A stretch of DNA of 12,351 nucleotides from Candidatus Thorarchaeota archaeon (GTDB taxonomy: Archaea; Asgardarchaeota; Thorarchaeia; Thorarchaeales; Thorarchaeaceae). Made by a program: the position numbers and the translations under genes. Positions 7,928 to 12,351 of this stretch are shown here, in pieces; the stretch's first letter is position 1, and every line of letters starts with the position of its first letter. Location: assembly GCA_020348985.1 (NCBI GenBank), contig CP070761.1, forward strand, positions 1,191,193 through 1,203,543, written 5' to 3'. The notes beneath the pieces are model-generated. The model searched no databases. It was not told the DNA's origin and saw only the letters and a list, made by a program, of their open reading frames with translations.

Positions 7928-10102
7928 TTGACATCGAGCGATGCAAGGTCAACTGGTCTCCTCTTTGTATTCGTCATGTTGTACCTTCTGGTCGTTCCTC
8001 TTCAGGCTCAGTACCCTGCAGACCTCGAATCGAAAGAACTCCGAATCACGAATCAAATGACAGAAAGTGCGGTCTCCTCACTCACGAGTCATGGGCCCAT
8101 TTTGATTTCTAGCAACAGAGACTTCCAGAGTCAGGGGTGGCCAGGAAATGGGACAGTGGAGAATCCGTATGTAATTGAAGGGCTTAGCATACAATCAGAA
8201 GAGAATTGCATCTTCGTAACAAGGACGTCGGTTCATTTTGTGGTACGAGACTGTAGGCTGAGTTCTGGCGATGACGATAAGGGAATTGGGATCTTTCTCT
8301 TAAAAGTCTCAAATGCTGTCCTAGAGAACATCACTATCACCGATCTGTCAACAGGGATTCTTGTTGATAGAGTAGCGTATACTTCAATCTCCAGAGTCGT
8401 TTTGTCGAACATAAAGACAGGAATTGTGTTGGATCGGTCTAGCGACATATTGGTAAATCAAACGTCAGTATCCGACAGTGTTTATGGTGTACACGTCAGC
8501 AAGAGTCAGGATTGTGTTATCAGAGATTCAGAAGTTTCTAATTCAGATATTGGTGTGCTCACAGAGGGTAGTTTGGATGTCACTCTTTCAGGCAATCTTG
8601 TCTATGATTGCACCCACGGTTTCTTCATTCATTCCTCACACAGGGGTATTGTACGCGGGAACACCCTTCATGATCTGGCCTATGGGGTGTCAACCTCATA
8701 CTCTGATGATTGCCGCTTGATTGGAAATGAAATTCGGAATTCTGACTACGGTGCCTTTCTCACAAATGGAGATAGACTCAACGCAACAGGAAACGATGTC
8801 CGATCCAACAAGATAGCAGGCATCTATGTTCGGATATCTGAAGATAGCGCTTTCATCGACAACATGATAATGGACAATGCAGGAACTGGTCTGTATTTGA
8901 AAGCAGGCTCGAACTGCAACATATCCACCAATGAGATAGGGTACAATTCGGTGAGCAATGCCGGTGACTACAAAGACGCAACAGTCATCGTCACACTTGA
9001 GAATTCATGGGACGGCAATGCTTGGGGAGACTACCATGGAATTCCTACATACGCAATTCCAGGAGACCGCAAAAGCGTAGACAATTGCCCACATTCGATT
9101 CTGAGGACTCACAGTCCAGATGATGTGGTCTTGGAATTCGGAGAGACAGCTTCTTTCATCTGGAATATTTCAGCGTTCAGGCCAGATCGGTTCGAAGTGT
9201 CGAGGAATGGCGAAGTGTCTCAGAGCGGCAAATGGAATGGATCGAACCTAAGAATAGAACTGGCATCCCTTGACGTGGGCGTTTATGATTACGCTCTGAC
9301 AGTCAACACCACAAGTAGACGAGTTTGGACAGATACTGTATCGGTGAGTGTTTTTGACTCAATAGGGCCAGTTTGGATAGATGGGCCTGAAGATACATCT
9401 ATCGAGTCAGGAGGAAGGTTCTCAATTCAGTTGACTGCATACGACCCATCAGGAATAGATCGCTACTGGGTGAATAACACAGACGATTTTACCATCGACT
9501 TGAATGGAAATGTGAGTGACACACATGTCTTGTCGGTGGGATTGTATTGGCTTGAGATAGGAGTCGCAGATGTATATGGAAATCCTCTGACCACTGTGAT
9601 TACTGTTCATGTGGTTGATACAACAACCCCAATAATCGATGGTCCTAACGACATTTCGATTCATGAGGGCACAGCTGGAGTTGCGATTGTTTGGTCGACG
9701 TTCTATGACCTGAATCCTGGTTCCTATCAGATACTTAGGAATGGAACGATGCTCAGAGAGGGCTTGTGGAATAGCACTTCTGAGTCCTTAGTCATTAGCC
9801 TAGATGATCTTCCGCCCGGAACTTACGTCTACTCATTGATCCTCAGTGATACCAGTGGCAACAGTGTAGAGGATGAAGTGCTTGTCATCGTGACCCCACA
9901 AGAGACTCCCACGACCGAGACTACAACTCCAACCACAACCTCAGGGCAACCTCCAACAACAACTGACACGAGCCTAACTTCCCCGCAGGATAGCAGCATG
10001 GCCCCCCTTGCTACAATAACCGGGTTCTCAGTGGCCGCAGCCATTGTGATTCTCGTTCTTAGTAGAAGGGGAGTCATGCCGCTCTCAAAGAAAGGCAAAT
10101 GA
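7928..10102 (+). CDS. Cell-surface glycoprotein: signal/TM segment, NosD/CASH-type right-handed parallel beta-helix, three Ig/cadherin-like domains, Thr/Pro-rich linker, C-terminal TM anchor
   Basis: TTG 7928 follows GGAAGGT and is preferred over 7895. N-terminal hydrophobic stretch LLFVFVMLYLLVV, then HGPILI...WPGNGTVENPYVIEGLSI and ~22-aa GI.L..S....I.GN repeats. Ig-like repeats span ~9113-9892, then TPTTETTTPTTT, a TM helix (LATITGFSVAAAIVILVL) and a basic tail. Many NxS/T sequons. Confidence 0.9.
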   Translation: MTSSDARSTGLLFVFVMLYLLVVPLQAQYPADLESKELRITNQMTESAVSSLTSHGPILISSNRDFQSQGWPGNGTVENPYVIEGLSIQSEENCIFVTRTSVHFVVRDCRLSSGDDDKGIGIFLLKVSNAVLENITITDLSTGILVDRVAYTSISRVVLSNIKTGIVLDRSSDILVNQTSVSDSVYGVHVSKSQDCVIRDSEVSNSDIGVLTEGSLDVTLSGNLVYDCTHGFFIHSSHRGIVRGNTLHDLAYGVSTSYSDDCRLIGNEIRNSDYGAFLTNGDRLNATGNDVRSNKIAGIYVRISEDSAFIDNMIMDNAGTGLYLKAGSNCNISTNEIGYNSVSNAGDYKDATVIVTLENSWDGNAWGDYHGIPTYAIPGDRKSVDNCPHSILRTHSPDDVVLEFGETASFIWNISAFRPDRFEVSRNGEVSQSGKWNGSNLRIELASLDVGVYDYALTVNTTSRRVWTDTVSVSVFDSIGPVWIDGPEDTSIESGGRFSIQLTAYDPSGIDRYWVNNTDDFTIDLNGNVSDTHVLSVGLYWLEIGVADVYGNPLTTVITVHVVDTTTPIIDGPNDISIHEGTAGVAIVWSTFYDLNPGSYQILRNGTMLREGLWNSTSESLVISLDDLPPGTYVYSLILSDTSGNSVEDEVLVIVTPQETPTTETTTPTTTSGQPPTTTDTSLTSPQDSSMAPLATITGFSVAAAIVILVLSRRGVMPLSKKGK

Positions 10103-10145
10103 CTGAACACAGAATGCAAAGGGGCTTAATAGGCGAAAACAAGAC

Positions 10146-10230
10146 CAGGGGTGGGACCGGCAAGGATTCTTTGGGTGTGGTTATTGTGGTACTTACCGTA
10201 ACCAAGAGTCCCTACTAGCCCACCGACCTG
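10146..10230 (+). other. Long imperfect intergenic hairpin (candidate structured RNA leader or small RNA)
   Basis: Nested pairings: CAGG 10146-49/CCTG 10227-30, GGTGGG 10150-55/CCCACC 10219-24, GGATTCTT 10164-71/AAGAGTCC 10204-11 (one G-U), GGTTA 10179-83/TAACC 10199-203, TGGT 10187-90/ACCG 10195-98 with an ACTT loop. Confidence 0.55.
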
Positions 10231-10233
10231 ACC

Positions 10234-10494
10234 ATGGAAGACGTTGTACTAAAGCCTTTCCAAAGATTGCAGACCAAGATGTCAAAAATGGATGATGCGG
10301 AAAGAAACACTCTACTTGTTTTTAGCAAATCTGCTTCGAGTTTTCCAGTGGCGGAGTTCGAAGAATATATCTGATGAAGTGCTGACTCGCACGCAATATC
10401 CCTGTGTATGATATAGTGGATATGATCTGGAAGCTGCAAACGCAGGGTCGGCTTCTGATCACCAAGAAGAGCGAACGAGGCAAGGTTGGTCTGA
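10234..10494 (+). pseudogene. Apparently frameshifted small gene (possible winged-helix-like protein), or local sequence errors
   Basis: ATG 10234 gives MEDVVLKPFQRLQTKMSKMDDAERNTLLVFSKSASSFPVAEFEEYI, then TGA at 10372. Protein-like sequence continues in another frame (LMKC*LARNIPVYDIVDMIWKLQTQGRLLITKK). A TGA at 10492-10494, in frame with 10234, overlaps the next ATG (TGATG). Confidence 0.45.
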
Positions 10495-10928
10495 TGTCAG
10501 ACGAAATCAAGCAGAAGATTGTCGAGCTTGTTGTGGAACGGGACCTCAGCTCGATTGAGCTTATTAGTGATATGCTGGAAATCGATGAAGATGTGACCTT
10601 AGCGGCCATCCAGGAGCTTCTGAGTGAAGGTCAACTCAAAGGGAATCTGACCGACGACAATACACGATTCTTCAAGGCAGAAATTGATTTGTCAGATAAA
10701 CCAGTCATTCCCAGAGAATCTGAGGAGCCAGATTTTCTGAGGTTCAATCCAAGACCAGGAAGAATAACTGCCTCTATTGGGGCGGTAATCTTGATTGCTG
10801 GCATTGTAGGATACCTTCTATATCAGGACGATATTGCACTCTCAAGCGTTTTCGCCATTATCATGTTCATTGGGGTCTCGATAACAAGCTGCGGCTGCTA
10901 CTACCTGGGGACGAGAAAAACTCCTTGA
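10494..10928 (+). CDS. Hypothetical membrane protein with N-terminal PCI-like winged-helix domain and two C-terminal TM helices
   Basis: ATG 10494 (MSDEIKQKIVELV) is preferred over GTG 10404. Winged-helix pattern SSIELISDMLEIDEDVTLAAIQELLSEGQLKGNL. TM segments ITASIGAVILIAGIVGYLLY and LSSVFAIIMFIGVSITSCGCYYL. Confidence 0.8.
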   Translation: MSDEIKQKIVELVVERDLSSIELISDMLEIDEDVTLAAIQELLSEGQLKGNLTDDNTRFFKAEIDLSDKPVIPRESEEPDFLRFNPRPGRITASIGAVILIAGIVGYLLYQDDIALSSVFAIIMFIGVSITSCGCYYLGTRKTP

Positions 10929-10969
10929 GTAGCCATATGATTCTGTGTTCGAGGTCACTTCCAAAAGGT

Positions 10970-10981
10970 GAAGCTTAAGTA
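10970..10981 (+). promoter_or_regulatory. Putative BRE/TATA promoter element (GAAGCTTAAG) of the TauE-family gene
   Basis: Lies 40 nt upstream of ATG 11020 and is identical to 7846-7855. Confidence 0.5.
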
Positions 10982-11019
10982 CTCCTCAAATTCCCGCCTC
11001 GACACAGGACAGACCAAAG

Positions 11020-11997
11020 ATGCAGGACATAGTATTCCAGCTGCTGCCTATCGTCGCCTTCGCAGTTGGCGTCGGTATCATTTCTGCGATGGTAGGAATC
11101 GGTGGTGGCATCCTGAATACGCCATTATTGATTATTGTCTTCCTTCTGCCTGCACAGCAAGCATCGGCGACCGCGTTGGTTGCTGCACTGTTCATAGCAG
11201 TTGCAGGTACATGGGCGTACGGAAGGCAGAAACCAAGTCCTATCATAACCAAGGTCGGACTTCTCCTAGCAGTCACAACGGCCCCTGGATCCATAATTGG
11301 GGTGGGCCTGCGTGAACTCATCACGGATGACTATCTTCTAAGGCTCGTCTTTGGTGTGTCTCTGTTTCCTGTCGCATTGAAAATGCTCTTCGCGAAGCAG
11401 AAAGGCAGAGGTGATCTTGCGTCGGAGCTTGCAGCCTTTGACGTTTCGGATGTCTCTCGCGAAAGGATGGCATCGGCCCTTCTTGGGGCGTTCATTGGAG
11501 GTGTTGCTGCAGGTCTCTTGGGGATAGGAGGCGGGGCCATTGTTGTACCCGTACTCAACATTCTCGTAGGCCTTCCTATGCATGCCGCAGCTGCAACCTC
11601 AATATTTACTATGATATTCACGGCAGGTGCGGGCACCGCTCGAAACTACATTGGAGGACACGTCGACCTCGTCTTTGGTCTCACGTTGGGCATCGGGATG
11701 CTCATCGGAGCCCAGTTCGGAGCCAGATTCGCGAGCAGAGTGAATGCGGCTCAGCTGAAGAGAATCTTTGGTTTGATTCTGGTGTTTCCGCTTGTGAAGA
11801 TGATGAAACTGGGACAGTTTTGGTTAGACCCTCTTGGAGTTGACTTTCTGCTAGCCACAATAGGAGATGTCATAATCTGGGCAATCATTGTGATACCCAT
11901 TGGCATCGTTAGGATGTATCAGCTCCACAGATCACAGAATGAACAGAACCCATCAACAGAAGAAGCGGAACGTGACATCGGGTCACAGATGACTTGA
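11020..11997 (+). CDS. Sulfite exporter TauE/SafE family (TSUP) permease
   Basis: Twofold internal repeat with signature motifs GIISAMVGIGGGILNTP and GVAAGLLGIGGGAIVVPVL, plus A.ATS-type motifs and G..IGAQFGARF. About 9 TM helices. Confidence 0.93.
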   Translation: MQDIVFQLLPIVAFAVGVGIISAMVGIGGGILNTPLLIIVFLLPAQQASATALVAALFIAVAGTWAYGRQKPSPIITKVGLLLAVTTAPGSIIGVGLRELITDDYLLRLVFGVSLFPVALKMLFAKQKGRGDLASELAAFDVSDVSRERMASALLGAFIGGVAAGLLGIGGGAIVVPVLNILVGLPMHAAAATSIFTMIFTAGAGTARNYIGGHVDLVFGLTLGIGMLIGAQFGARFASRVNAAQLKRIFGLILVFPLVKMMKLGQFWLDPLGVDFLLATIGDVIIWAIIVIPIGIVRMYQLHRSQNEQNPSTEEAERDIGSQMT

Positions 11998-12076
11998 CGG
12001 CTAGGTTGCCAATTTAGAAACTGACAAATCCGTAGTAATATCTCAAGCATCTGAAGCGTAGATGGGAGAGTGTGCC

Positions 12077-12351
12077 ATGAAAGTCATCACTGCATCAAGT
12101 GAGCATATTGATACGATTGTGGGGCACAGGATTGAGATGTTCAGGTCCATGGGCTGGACAGATGAAGAGCTTGAGAACACAAGACCTGTGGTGCAGAGAT
12201 TTCTGCAAGAACATTGGGATCATAACCTTAGAGCCTATCTTGCAGTGGTTGATGGAGAAGTCATCGGCGGCTATGCGATCGGATTGGGAGTGAGCCTGCC
12301 TACGTACAAGAACCCTTCCGGGAGAAGAGCTAGTATTCACAATCTGTATGT
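12077..12351 (+). CDS. GNAT-family N-acetyltransferase (runs off the 3' end of the window; absent from the ORF track)
   Basis: ATG 12077 follows GGGAGAG. The frame is open to the end: MKVITASSEHIDTIVGHRIEMFRSMG...RAYLAVVDGEVIGGYAI...LPTYKNPSGRRASIHNLY, a typical GNAT N-terminal half leading into motif A. Confidence 0.85.
   Translation, partial: MKVITASSEHIDTIVGHRIEMFRSMGWTDEELENTRPVVQRFLQEHWDHNLRAYLAVVDGEVIGGYAIGLGVSLPTYKNPSGRRASIHNLY

Noticed and set aside
9893-9970. ACN/CCN-rich low-complexity repeat-like stretch
   Set aside because: Explained by the Thr/Pro linker of the surface protein. Not a DNA repeat array or CRISPR.
10146-10234. Hairpin ending in ACCA considered as a tRNA, SECIS or MITE
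   Set aside because: No 7-bp acceptor stem, T-loop or cloverleaf. No AUGA/GA quartet or GAA/A archaeal SECIS core on either strand. No clean terminal inverted repeats or target-site duplication.
10404-10493. GTG 10404 as the start of the winged-helix membrane protein
   Set aside because: No SD. ATG 10494 with the TGATG overlap fits better, and the upstream in-frame stretch is better explained as part of the disrupted gene.
91-11636. Remaining short ORFs nested in or antisense to the major genes (e.g. 1890-2342, 4666-5073, 6757-7092, 10968-11315)
   Set aside because: They lie within or largely overlap strongly supported CDSs and show no motifs, as expected for shadow ORFs.
12095-12340. ORF-track entries 12095-12340(-) and 12099-12293(+)
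   Set aside because: Shadow frames of the GNAT gene starting at 12077.

Overview
Gene-dense, ordinary-looking archaeal chromosomal window. Protein styles suggest an Asgard archaeon, probably Thorarchaeia-like; this is inference, not a database result. In order: a 5'-truncated extended SDR (NAD-dependent epimerase/3-beta-HSD-like), a cytoplasmic bis-MGD molybdo/tungsto-enzyme with a 2x[4Fe-4S] ferredoxin inserted inside its C-terminal domain IV, a DinB-family protein, GTP-dependent PEP carboxykinase, a 2-TM hypothetical protein with a possible beta-grasp domain, an M29 aminopeptidase, a large beta-helix/Ig-like surface glycoprotein, an 85-nt hairpin followed by an apparently disrupted small gene coupled to a membrane-anchored PCI/DDRGK-like winged-helix protein, a TauE/SafE exporter, and a 3'-truncated GNAT acetyltransferase missing from the ORF track. 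I saw no rRNA, tRNA, CRISPR array or mobile element. The best leads are the self-contained Mo-enzyme architecture, the 10146-10928 hairpin/disrupted ORF/winged-helix unit, and the repeat-rich pckG promoter with an anti-SD stem.
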